NCBI RefSeq assembly: GCF_018977255.1
Contig: NW_024704742.1
Coordinates: forward strand, 44,704,001 to 44,768,000
DNA: 64,000 nucleotides
Direction: 5' to 3'
DNA from: Callorhinchus milii
Taxonomy: Eukaryota
Below are positions 12,781-24,954 of this stretch, one piece after another (within the stretch, counting starts at the first letter, position 1; every line of letters begins with the position of its first letter). Below the pieces are notes generated by a model. That model was not told the DNA's origin. It saw only the letters and a list, made by a program, of their open reading frames with translations, and did not search any database. The position numbers and the translations under genes are program-made.

Positions 12781-13574
12781 TTGTTACTCCCACAATTCTG
12801 CTTCAGGTCTATGTGTAGAAATTAGGAAGAGGAGCTGACCTACAGAATAGGATTACTATCCCTCAACTGCAAGCATTGCAGGAGATAGAATCCCCTGCCA
12901 TCCACTCGTAAGCTTCTTAGCTACATCAGCAGTAAGTTAGATGTCCTGAAGGAAGGTAGCTCACACTTCAGCTTTATATTGCTGAAAGCAATGTGTTGAC
13001 TGCCTCTTTAATCACCTTTAAAAGCATAACCGCAACTGATAGGCCACCTGGCAACTTTTAAAGTTGAATTTTTGTCACCATAAAAGTTACAAAATGAAAC
13101 CAATTTACACATGCATGGCGTGTTTTCCATGAAACTGCTTCTTGGAGTGGTTTTGAGAATGGAGCTCAGAGTCAATTCAATGACCCTAAAACTGTATTTA
13201 TGCTGCACTTTCAGTGTCAATTTGACACAAATATCAGGTTGAATCAATGGCAAAAGTGCTGTGTAAATGGGACATTAGCTAGATAAGCTAGTATTTGAAA
13301 CACTTCACTAGATCATTAATCTTTATATTTGAGAAGCCAATAAACATTATTAACCTGGAGCATCCCAGAATATCATGCATGGTTTATACTATGCTTTTAA
13401 TGGCAATTCACCATGAAAAGCATGTTATAAATTGGGATTGAACAGCACAATCGGAAAGCTGTTGGGTATAATAGCACATTGATTTGGACCTCTGCAGTTA
13501 CGAATGCTCCCTTTAGTGCATCCAACAACATTATTAATCCCAATAACATGACTTAACCCACAAGAATAGGACCT

Positions 13575-13845
13575 ATCTCAATACCCACCGTCGGCAGTTG
13601 AGCTTTCATTCTATTTGCCCCCACTCTCTAGAACTCCAAAATGGAGTATCTCTAACTCATCCCTTCCCTCAACTCCCTCAAGGTCTGTTTCAAGTCACCT
13701 CTTTGATTGTGCATTCAGTCATCTTTCCTGTCCCCATTCCCCTCGTCTCCCAACCCCAGCTTGGGTGCCAAGCCTGTACTGTTGAGTGCCTTGGGATGTG
13801 CTCCCGATGTGAAAGGCACCAAATAAATATAAATTTGTATTGTAA
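13575..13845 (+). mobile_element. L2 3' fragment (tail A)
   Basis: cttgggatgtgctcccgatgtgaaaggcacc followed by ttgtattgt tail. Confidence 0.8.
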
Positions 13846-13952
13846 TCTTTCCATTTCCTAAACCAATGTGCCTTTGGCCTTTCTGAGTGAATATATAAAT
13901 TCAGCCCTGATTAATTCTAAATCAACAACAACAACTTGCATTTATATGGTGC

Positions 13953-14475
13953 AATTAGTGGCCGTGCTTTCAGCCACTACGCCCTGAAACTGTGTCACTC
14001 TCTCCTCTCTATCCCTCCCCCTTCCTTCTATCTTCATGTCATGCCTGAAGACCTTCCTTGATTCCTGTAGCTCAGTGGTTAGAGCACTCGCTTTGCAAGC
14101 GAGAGACCTGAGTTCAATTCCAGGCAGAGGGCGAAACCTTGGGCAAGTTTCCTTACTCCACACGCCTAATAATAATCCCTCCAAAAAACCCCAAAAAACA
14201 ATAATAAATTGGTCATTTTCAATCTACAACTGTTTGTGGGACATTGCTGTGCGCAATTGGCTGCCGCGTTCGCCCACAAATATACAGTCAATTCACTTTA
14301 CAGTATATTCTGTGAAGCGCTTTGGGACGTCCTCCCGACGTGAAAAGCGCTATATCAAATGCAAGGATTATTATTATTATTATTATTATTCCTCATTGAC
14401 CATGCCTGCGGTCACCTCTGCCCTACTCATACGGGTCCTGTTACCCCCACGTTTCTTTCTACAGTGCACTGACCA
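13953..14475 (+). mobile_element. L2 3' fragment lacking its tail, interrupted by a SINE
   Basis: agtggccgtgctttcagccactacgccc..gaagaccttcct | ttcctcattgaccatgcc. Confidence 0.8.
14059..14390 (+). mobile_element. tRNA-derived SINE, short form, full length
   Basis: Complete head, body and tail; TSD TTCCT at 14054-14058 and 14389-14393. Confidence 0.95.
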
Positions 14476-14481
14476 ATAACT

Positions 14482-14816
14482 GGAGGCCTGTAGTTCTGGT
14501 TAGAGCACGCACCTCACAAGTGAGAGACCTGGGTTCGATTCCCGGAAGGGTGAAATCTTGGGCAAGTTTCCTTACTCCACACGCCTGATAATAATCCCTC
14601 AAGAAAAATAAATAATAATAAAAATTGGTCACTTCAATCCATGACTGTTTGTGGGACACTGCTGTGTGCAATTGGCTGCTGCGTTTTGCCCACAAATATG
14701 CAGTCAATTCACTACAGTCTATTCTGTGAAGCACTTTGAAATGTTTAGAAGATGTGAAAAGCACGATATCAAATGCAAGGATTATTATTATTACTAATTA
14801 TTATTATTATTATTAT
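14482..14816 (+). mobile_element. tRNA-derived SINE, short form (TAGAA-loop variant)
   Basis: Head GGAGGCCTGTAG..., tail gtttagaagatgtgaaaagc, (TTA)n. Confidence 0.9.
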
Positions 14817-15130
14817 ATGGTGCTCTTCACATGGGAAATTGTCTAATCAACAATCATGAGATTTGTGTCCAGTAGTAAATAACGGGTTGAGACAATTTAA
14901 ACTCATTTCACTTTACAGCCAGCAAAGGGAGAATTTTATCTAAATATGAAATGGAATTAAACCTGAAACCCAGAAGGAAAATTAAGTGCACTTAATTGAT
15001 CATAGCATCCAAGGAATCCAGCCTGGGCTCCTTATTGCTCTGTTGTATCTCTTTGTATAATTTCTGGATGCATTCTACATTTTCTGAAAGTTTCATTTCC
15101 GTTTGAGAACTTGTTGTGGGACCCGAGAAA

Positions 15131-16556
15131 CAACAAAATACAACAACAAAATTAAATTTATAGAGCGGCTTTCATGTTGGGAGGACGGCCCAAGGCGCTG
15201 AACAGTCAGGGATCAGGACCCGAGAATGGAGGAGGGGTGGGGTAGGAGTGAGGGAAGGCAGAGAGATGGAAGGGCGACTGAAGGCACGATCGAAGAGGAC
15301 GGTCTTGCGATCGGCCTTGAAGGAGGAAAGGGAGGAAGCGAGGTGAAGGGAATATGGGATGGAGTTCCAGAGTGTGGGGGCAAAGAGACTGAAAACCCGG
15401 CCACTGATGGAAAGGCGGGTCAGATGGGAGATAAGTTGGAGGCCGGAGCCCACTGAGCGGAGGGAGTGGGCTGGTTGATAGGGAGTCAGCAGGTCAGAGA
15501 AGTAGGAGAGGGCAAGACCACGGATAATCTTGAAAGTAAGGACGAGGATCTTGAATTCGATGCTCTGAGGAATGGGGAGCCAGTGGAGTTGGGCGAGGGT
15601 GGGAGTGATGGAGTCGCGGAGCCTGGTGCACAAGAATACATGAGCTACAGAGATTTGGATGATCTGCAGCTTGTTGGGAAGAGTTGGGAAGGCCGATGAG
15701 GAGGGAGTTCCCGTAATCAAGCCTTGAGGTGACGAATGCGTGGGTGAGGGTTTCGGCAGCCTGAGGGGTGAGGCAGTGGCGGAGTCTGGCAATGTTGCGG
15801 AGGTGGTGGTAGGCAGTGCCGATCATGGCGTGGATCTGGGGGAGGAAGGACAGTTCAGGGTCAAGCAAGACACCCAGGTTCCTAACTGGCTTAGTGAGGT
15901 TGTGTGTGCAGCTGTGGAGGCTGATGCTGCCAGCGCCCGAGGTGCAGAGATGCTAGCGCGAGCTAATCAGGAGGGCCTCGGTCTTGCTGACGTTCAGTTG
16001 GAGAAAGTTTTCCCTCGTCCAAGATTTGATGTCGGACAAGCAGTAGATCAGAACGCCAGTAGTCCTGGAGTTGAGGGTGGAGGCAGAGATAGAGTTGGGT
16101 GTCATCCAACATATGTGAAACTTACCCCATGTCTGCGGATGATATCACAAAGGGGGAGATGTAGAGGGTGAAGAGGATGGGACTGAGGACAGAGCCCTGA
16201 GGAATGCCACACAAGATGGTCTGGGGGCTGGAGGAGAAGCTGTTTGCAGAGACGAAGTGGAATCGGTGTGAAAGTTAGGACCTGAACCAGTCAAGGACAG
16301 AACCTTGAAGGTTGAGGTGGGAGGAGAAGCAGTATTGAGTGCCACAATATCAAAGGTAGCAGAGAGGTCGAGGAAGACGAGGAGGTAGAGGGAGCCCTGG
16401 TCACACATGGCCAGGATGTTATTTGTGACCTTGACCAGAGCAGTTTCCGTGACAGCTCTCTCAAGGACCTTACACAGAAAAGGGAGGTGGTAGATGGCAG
16501 TAGCTGTTTTGAGGGGGATAGGCACAGTGCCAGATGACAGGGAGAGGTTGATGATG
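15131..16556 (-). mobile_element. 5'-truncated L2 (RT and C-terminus)
   Basis: ETALVKVTNNIL, LDLSATFD, HAFVTSRLDYGNSLLIGLP, LHWLPIPQSIEFK; type A tail. Confidence 0.95.
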
Positions 16557-18033
16557 TAAACCTCTGATCCATAAACTGATCCATAAAGCCATTACTTTTT
16601 TTTACACTTTAATATTCGTGTATACTGCTGTGAGACCCGAGAAATTGATCCATAAAACTATTCCTTTTGTACTTTTTTTGAGAGGATTTGAATATGATAA
16701 GGCAGTTTCTACGAATCCTGTCATGTACCCAAGAGTTATCAATTTTAGTGACACCTCATGTCAATGCTGCCATTTTCATCCTCTTATTTAAGCTTTGAAG
16801 TGCTGATTTCGACAAAGTTTAGTGTTGTGCTTTTTATCACCTTATATTGAAACTGTAGGATCAATAGAGAAATAGAGTAAGGTAAAAAAGTGGAGATTTT
16901 GACAGTTTATTTCAACAGCTTATCAGATTTCTTGCATCTCTTTCAAAACAGTTTTCGTAACCTTTAACCACCTCTACAGATAAAACTACTTACTGCCACA
17001 TGTCAAACCTGTTTTAATTTGGTTAATAATATCTGAAAAGATTAGTGGAAAATTCAACTAGTTTAAATATGGGGATAAAGGAGTGGTTCCAATGAATGTG
17101 ATAACAATTCTGGGGCACTCATTGGGGTAAAAAACAGCTCTCAAACAAAACTGTGCCTCCAAGAGGAAGTCAATGTTCGCCACCGCTCTAAATCGAGACT
17201 TCAACGTTGAAGAGTTTGCAAGGTGGTATCATGAATCAATGAAAAATGCACAGGGATCCTTGTTGGAGATATAAAGGTCAGATTTCTGGTAGAGAAACAT
17301 AAAAAGAGCTTGACATCTAGTATTTTTGTTTGGCATTTCGCTTGCTCTCATTCCAGACATTCTAAGGGAGGCGTTATATCTTCCCTTGAACTGTTCATTT
17401 GTAAGTGGCATGTTAATGACACCTTGAATGCAAGGAGTCCACTGATGGGGTAAGCTGAACAAGATCTTAACAGATAGCAGTGGGAGAAGCTTCCCAAATA
17501 TGGAGCTTAAAGTGATTCGTACATGTCAATTGCTAAAAATATTATGGTGCAAATATGAATTTGCTAGCAAATGCCACATTTATCACCATACTAATCTTTG
17601 TGTTACTCATCTTATGGGATTTTCCAGTAAAAATTGCCAATTTCAAGCAATCTGCTTCCAATAGACTCCAATGAATCAGCAATTCTCATTTTCAACAATT
17701 ACTTAAATTTTTCCGATGAGCATAAAACATGCATCTTATCAGTCAACATTACCTCAAAATTACATTCCACAATTTTATACAATGAACACTGCTGTTCAGC
17801 ATAATAACCCTTTTTTTTTGCCTCTGCACTACTCTCTCTTTGCTCTCCCTCTTTTTCTCTTGTGTCAAGTGGGTGGTTGACAAATATAGAAACTGCTGAA
17901 GAGTATCCAAAACAGATTGAGAGTTCCACATATATGAGGCACTTTCTCATGGAAATTTCCCTGTGTCTGGGCTGCAGAACCTGATCTAACTAGTTCCAGC
18001 CACAACAAAGAGCTTGAGTGTACATGTCATTAA

Positions 18034-18100
18034 AAAACAACAGCAAATTATATTTGTATAGCGCCTTTCACATCAGGAGGATGTCCCAAGGTGCTATAGC
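18034..18100 (-). mobile_element. L2 tail-only fragment
   Basis: atagcgcctttcacatcaggaggatgtcccaagg. Confidence 0.8.
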
Positions 18101-18834
18101 AGAAAGAGCCTAAACAAAGCAACTTGTCTATTGTATTTAGTATGCAGCATTCTACCCATCTTTCTAATTGATTTAATTTCAGTATTTTAGTGCACATTGG
18201 CACTTTGTACTCGCAATTCAATTACTATTTGTAATTTATGCAGGACACTTTGACGTCTGACTCGGATTTGCCCAGGCTTGTTAGAATCCGGTGCTTGCCT
18301 TTTACTGTCTCTTGATTTGACTGCTGGCACCAGCTTCAGGTGTTTGTACAAAGTGAGGAATCATAGCCTGTAAAAGCTGTTCACAAAGGCTCGGTGCCGC
18401 TGGGGGCTAAACACTATTGGATTTAGTTGCAGGTAAATGTAATTAAGGCAATTAGTAATATGAACAGGGAATGGGGGAATATGATTAAGTCCCTGTGTTT
18501 TGAAAGATCAGGTTTTCATTGCAGTTACCTTTATATTATTTCCCCGATGTTATTAACCTCTTGCGTTGAGGGGAGGAGACTCATAGGTTATTGTCATTGA
18601 TTTGGTGTTTGTTTGTCGTTATACATGTCTCAAGCTTTTCTGCCATGTGTGGGAGACAGTTTGGCTATATAAATTGATTACTCGATGCGTAATGACGGGC
18701 TGATCATGTTTCTATAGCAAGTAGCAAATATAATTGATATTTTAACTTTAGCAAAAGACTGGCCACTTGCTAATTCTCCCTCTGAATGCTGGGAGTTGTA
18801 GTGTCTAGCAGTTGTCAGTATATATAATTCATAC

Positions 18835-19005
18835 TAATAATGTCTTGCATTTGATGTAGCACCTTATCGTGTCATTGATAGGACATTTTCAAAGTTCTTC
18901 AAAGATTGTTGATGAGGAAACTTCCTTCCCTTTTTGAATAGTGCCTTGGGATCTTTAACATCCAATTGGACAGCCTGATGGGACATTATTTTAAACTTCT
19001 CATTG
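18835..19005 (-). mobile_element. Degraded DeuSINE/SacSINE1-like fragment
   Basis: gaatagtgccttgggatctttaacatcca (Deu-domain-like) plus tail. Confidence 0.55.
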
Positions 19006-19889
19006 ATTGTCGATTGTAAGATCTCTTAAAATAAAATAATTTTGATCAATCAATCCATGACCGTTTGTGTGCAATTGGCTACCATGTTTCGTCCACCAAA
19101 TATGCAGTTAATTCACTTTACAATATATTCTGTGAAGAGCTTTGAAATGCCTAACAATCTTTTTACGTCTAGCATTCCTTTTGTTCTTATGTTCTTGCCC
19201 TCTCAAAATTTTCAATTTCCACTATGAAGACTTTTTTTTTACTGTATCAGACACAGTGTGAGAAGTAAAAGAAAAAGAGTGATCCAGTGAAAAGGGAGAG
19301 GGAAGAAGAAACAAATGTCACTTAACATCCCCACTTCTCTGTATTTTCTGTCACTGTCCCTGACTGTTACTGTACATGAAGGGCACTATATACATCCAAC
19401 TTGTTACTCGGATAGAAACGAATAAGTACATGTGATGAATAATGTTGGAAAGACAGCAAGGAAAAGAAACAAAGACAAACACTTACAAGAGGGAGATACA
19501 AACAAAGTGACATACATAAAAGCTGAATGATGCACATGGAGGAAAACGTTACAGGGAGAAAAAGAGAGAGAAAGAGAGAGGATGGAGATAGAGGGAGAAC
19601 AAGCCACCAAGATGCACAAAAAATAACAGAAGCTAGTGCCTCATTCACTCACTCCCACGCACCTTCCTTCCTAACTATGACTTGCTCCCTATTGCCAGTC
19701 TTAGGATGGATCATTTTACTAGTTTTATAATATTCTTTGCAATTTAATGCAATCCCAATAACTTCAAATTATCAAACATGGCAATTAATTGCCATGAAGT
19801 TTATCACTGAATTTGTAGGCAGACCTGTCAAGGTACTACAAATATCCATGAAGTGAATAATCAATTAGTCTGGAGGGTTTTGGCCTTGA

Positions 19890-20102
19890 TACTGGAATAA
19901 TAGTGACATGGGATCTTTAAAGTCCACCTAGATAGGCTGACAGGGCTTTGGTTTAATATCCCATTCAAAGGATGGCACCTCCACAATACAGCATATCGAT
20001 TGGAGTGTCTGCCTCGACTATATGAGTTCCAGGTCCCTACGTGTGGCTTGAACTGACAACCTTCTGACTCAGAGGCAATAGATAGTGCCACCAATTAAGC
20101 CA
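19890..20102 (-). mobile_element. DeuSINE/SacSINE1-like SINE 5' part
   Basis: Reverse complement: ttggtggcactatctattgcctctgagtcagaaggttg..ttcaagcc..ttaaaccaaagccctgtc..aaagatcccatgtcactatt. Confidence 0.8.
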
Positions 20103-21328
20103 AGATAACTTTGCTTTGTTCCTTCTGACACTCCGATATCTAAATCTGTATCTATTGTCCTCTCCTAATAATAATCAGCCCATCTCTTACGCTGAAATCA
20201 CACTGGAGTAGATTTTTCTCAATGTCACCTCTAAAAGTACAAATAGTCATCTCTACTAGAGCTTTGCTGTATTAAATCCCCAATTCATTCATTTAATGAA
20301 TATTCAGGAGATACCTGGATGTTATTACAAAATGTATTAGACTCTGAACATGATGGGTTTTTTTCTATTTAGAAGATTCATTAAAGTGGATACCTGCTTT
20401 GCTTCTCTGCATTGCTTTAAATTATTATTTTTAAAAATGCTCAAAAACATGACCTGTAGCATGGGAAGGTTAGCCTAGTACTGGACTATATTAGCAAAAT
20501 AACAATATGTGTTCTATTTTCCTGAAACTTCCATGTGCATTTCTGGCTTTTATCTCTCATTGTATGATGATCATATGCTGTGTGTTTTTTTTAGCCAAAG
20601 CAGAAGTATTATAATGAATGCAATAAAAGTAAAGGTTGAATGAACCAATTTCACAATTTATGAATGGCTGGAGTTTCAAAATGCAATTTATGAAGAAACT
20701 AATGCTTTAAGAAATGAAATTGCACGTAAGTAATAGCTGGAGGTATTTCACCTGATTGACCAAAAAGGGAAGTGGTCTTATCAGAGGTGGTCTTAAAGGG
20801 CTCCACAATCCCATGGTGTTGAATTGGATGCACAGAATGCTTAAGTATGGCGTATATTACTCCTTTCAAACAAGATTCAAATTATAAATGAATTACAAGT
20901 TATTCAGGTTATTAAGCAATGTTGTACATTCATTTGAACATTTTTTCAGATGAATGACATATTGGATAATTGAGAAGGTAGCCCTAAAATTGGCTTTTCC
21001 AATTGTCCAGTTTATCTTCAATTTAACAAGTCAATGTACATTTAATCCATTATTGGGATACTAAAAAGCCATGCTTTCACCTATAAAATGCAGTGATTAC
21101 ATTTAAAAGTATAGCAGGTGAAGTGCTGGCCACCAAGCAGTGACACCAATTTTATATAATCACTTTCCTGAAATAGGCCATTGGAACACAGTTATTACTC
21201 CATATTTTAACTTGGCATAAAGGAATTCTTGAACCTGTAATTATTACAGGGTTTAAATGCAATATGATACTGGCATCAATCTTCATCACTAGATGAAGAT
21301 TTGCTTCAGATCACACATAAAGTTCCAG

Positions 21329-23695
21329 AACAACAACAAAATTACATCTATTGAGCACCATTCACGTCGGGAGGACGTCCCAAGGCGCTGAACAGTCAGG
21401 GGTCAGGACCCAAGCATGGGGGAGGGGTGCGGTAGGGGTGAAGGAAGGCAGAGAGGTGGGAGGTCGACTGAAGGCACGATCGAAGAGAAGGATCTTGAGA
21501 CCGGCCTTGAAGGAGGTAAGGGAGAAAGCAAGGTGAAGAGACTGTGGGACGGAGTTCCAGAGTGTGTGGGCAAAAAGGCTGAAAGTCTGGCCGCCGATGG
21601 TAGGGTAGGTCGGACCGGAGACATAGAGCAGGCCGGTGCCCGCTGAATGGAGCTGAATGGAGGGAGCGGGCAGGTTGGTAGGGAGTCAGCAGGTCAGAGA
21701 GGTAGGATGGGGCAAGTTGAAAGTGAGGAAGAGGATATTGAATTTGATCCTTTGAGGGATGGGGAGCGTGGAGTCGGGTGAGGGTGGGAGTGATGGGGTC
21801 ACGGAGCCTGGTGTGCGAGAGTACATGAACTGCAGAGTCTTGGAGCTTGTGAAGGGAAGAGTTGGGAAGGCCGATGAGGAAGGAGTTCCCATAATCAAGC
21901 CTTGATGTGACGAATGCTTGGGTGAGGGTTTTGGCAGCCTGAGGGATAAGGCAGTGGTGGAGTCTGGAAATGTTGCAGAGGTGGTGGTAGGTAGTGGAGT
22001 GGATGTGGGGGAGAAAGGACAGTTCAGGGTCAAACAAGACACCCAGGTTCCTGACTGGCTTAGTGAGGTTGAGTGTGCAGCTGTGGAGGGCTGATGCTGC
22101 CAGCACCCGAGGTGCGGAGGTGCTGGCGCGAACCGATCAGGAGGGCCTCGGTCTTGCTGACATTCAGTTGGAGAAAGTTGTCCCTCGTCCAGGACTTGAT
22201 GTCGGACAGGCAGTCAGTCAGGACATCAGTAGTCCTGGAGTTGTGGGTGGAGGCAGAGAGATAGAGTTGGGTTTCATAGGTGTCATAGGTCGCATCGAGT
22301 CATAGGTCGAGGAGGACGAGGAGGCAGAGGGAGCCCTGGTCACACATGGTCAGGATGTCATTTGTGACCTTGACCAGAGCAGTTTCCATGCTGTGAAGAG
22401 GCTTATGGAGGCAGTGGGAGGAGAGGAAAGAGTGAAGCTGGGAGATGACATGTCTCTCAAGGACCTTAGACAGAAAAGGGAGGTGAGAGATGGGCCGGTA
22501 GCTGGATAGCTGTGATGGGTCAAGGGAAGTTTTCTTCAATGGGAGATGATAGTGGCTGTTTTGTGGGGGGTAGGAACAGTGACAGATGACAGGGAGAGGT
22601 TGGTGAAGTTGGTGAGTAGTGGGGCAAGGAGGTGGAGCTGGGATTTAAGGAGAGAGTGGGGATGGGGTCCAGGGAGCAGGTGGTGAGCTTCATGGAGGAT
22701 ATGGTGGTGATGACAGAGGAGGGAGTGACAGGTTGAAAAGTGTGGAAGTAGGGACAGGTAGTGGTCGGATTGTGGGTGGGTGTGGGGAGAGGGTGGAAGT
22801 TGGGAGGGCAGTGACAGCTGACGGATTCCCTCAATTTTGGACTCAAGGAAGTCCAGCATTTCCTCGCAGTGGGAGTCGGAGGAAAGAACCTGCAAAGGGT
22901 GGTGGGGAGAGTAGAGGAGCCGGTTGGTGGTGGAGAACACGAGGTTGGGGTTGCCCTTCACCTCCAGGATTAACCTGGAATAGAAGGAAGATTTGACTGA
23001 GGTGAGAGCCGAGTGGTAGGTTTTGATGTGGTCCAGCCAGATGTGCCGGTGGACCGTTAGGCCGGATTTAAGCCAGGTGAGTTCGGCAACCCACACCTGG
23101 CTCTTGAGTGAGTGGAGGTGGCTGGTGAACCAGGGTGAGGATCGGGAATAGGAGGCAGTTCAGGAGGTGAGGGGGCAAGGGCATTGAGTGTGGTGGTGAG
23201 GGTGCTGTGGAGGAGAGTAAACGCAGAGAATGGGTTGGTGCGGAAGGTGGACCAGAGGGGGAGGAGTTCAGAGAACTCCAGGGCAGCGGAGAGTGATTGC
23301 ATGGAGATCTCTTCCATGTACGGTAGAAGATGGTGGTAGGTTTGGAGGCAGTGGGGAGAGAGATAGAGGAGTTGAGGGAGATGAAATGGTGGTCAGAGAT
23401 GGCCTTGTAGTGATGGTGACATCCGAGACACTGAGGCCCCGGGTGATCACCAGGTCGAGTGGGTAGCCATGAACATGGGTATCAGAGTGGATGTGGAGGG
23501 AGAGGTTAACCTGAGAGAGGAGAGGAGAGGAGAGGAGAGGAGAGAGAAGAGGTCTGAGGAGGTGGAGCAAGAGGGGGTGAAGTGGAGGTTGAAATCGCCT
23601 AGGATGATGAGACTGTCGGAGTAGAGGCAGAGGGAAGCTAGAAGGATGAAGATGTCAGAGATGAAGGTAGGGCAGGATTTGGGAGGCGGTAAATT
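21329..23695 (-). mobile_element. L2, 5'-truncated within APE, with internal deletions
   Basis: Tail A; SYRPISHLPFLSKVLER, ETALVKVTNDIL, LIILGDFNLH, GYPLDLVIT; internal (GGAGA)n at ~23513-23548. Confidence 0.95.
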
Positions 23696-23967
23696 AGGAG
23701 AATCGTGGATTGTTTGTGTACAGTGTACATTGTGCAAAGCTGAGAAAGACTTTTAGAATATAGAAAAGCAGAATTCCTCATTCTGTAGTTGATTGTCAGC
23801 TTTCACCTGGAGGGGCAACAACTCCTGATTTCTTACAAAGTCAGTCTCATTATTTCATTATGTTCAACATGAGATCAGAAACTTTCCACCTTCTACAAGT
23901 ACATCATTAATCATTAAGATTGATAAGATTAATTTTTAAGATTCTCTTCACCAAACCATTTGTACTT

Positions 23968-24029
23968 TGGGACGTCCTCCCGACGTGAAAAGCGCTCTAT
24001 AAATGTAATTTTGTTGTTGTTGTTGTTGT
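23968..24029 (+). mobile_element. Minimal L2 insertion (hairpin plus (TTG)n only)
   Basis: TSD TTGTACTT at 23960-23967 and 24026-24033. Confidence 0.9.
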
Positions 24030-24149
24030 ACTTGCGTGTGCTTTACTCTTAGCTTATGGTATTTAATTACTTTGTTGGTTAATAAACTCATTTTTATTTA
24101 ATTGGCTGAAACCTGCATCGAATCATAATATTTCCATCTATGATAATTA

Positions 24150-24292
24150 TCTTGGGAGGACAAGTTTTCAGGGCTATGGGGAGAGAGCAGGGGGAATGGG
24201 ATTGATTTGGATAGCTCTTTAGAAAGAGCCGGCACAGACACAATGGGCCGAATGGCCTCCTTCTGTGCTGTATGATTCTATGATTCTATGAT
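24150..24292 (+). mobile_element. CR1 LINE 3' end
   Basis: atgggccgaatggcctccttctgtgctg followed by the (ATTCTATG)n octamer tail typical of CR1. Confidence 0.9.
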
Positions 24293-24954
24293 GTGGATTA
24301 CTTGTCTGGAGATCACAAGATATATTAATCATGACGGATTGTATTCCTTGGGTCCTGTACAAAGGGCCACCTCTTTAAAAGTGCTTTGCTATTTGTAAAA
24401 TGTGCAGTCCTAGTTCATAAGAGACAGTCTGCGTATGTGAATTGTATACACACCTTAATGTAAGAAATGTTCCTGAAAGCCTTTCAAATTCTAATAATGA
24501 AGTGAGAGGGAGGGGGTGACAATTCTTCTGTAGATGGGATTTATGCACATTGTCATGGTGATCTGTGAAAAACTCTGTATTGCTTGTGACCTATGCCTTT
24601 CCTGACCTACAAGAGGTTGCTGCTATTATTGGATGCTAAACGTTACTGTTTGCTAAGTGGTACTATGTTCTCCAGCTCTACCATCAGCCTTTGCCTTGAT
24701 AAGCACTAATGCACTGAAAGGATTAAAAGAGTAATGGGCATCTTGCCTTCCTGTTAACAGCTGACTGAACAGAACAATATCACTAATGGCTTTATTATGC
24801 ATGCATTCTATTACTTAGTTTATATATACTGTATGTGAGTCCAACATACACTCCTAATTCGGCAATATAAATGGTTGGAGACTTCACTTAATTGCAATAA
24901 AACTTCACCTGGTACAACATATGGAGAATGGCCGGTCTGCTTTATCTCTTCTAG

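Noticed and set aside
13100..13270. Possible 11-bp terminal inverted repeats (caatttacaca / tgtgtaaatgg)
   Set aside because: Short, imperfect, no TSD found.
14059..14135. tRNA-Ala(TGC)-like cloverleaf at SINE heads
   Set aside because: Acceptor stem does not close and the sequence continues into SINE body; not tRNA genes.
17229..17462. ORF with NEQFKGRYN resembling a GIY-YIG FKxRYN motif
   Set aside because: Single short motif, no supporting colinear motifs.
21280..21301. Small perfect hairpins (atcttcatc-acta-gatgaagat; ctgtcaag-t-cttgacag near 61280)
   Set aside because: Expected by chance in 64 kb; no context.
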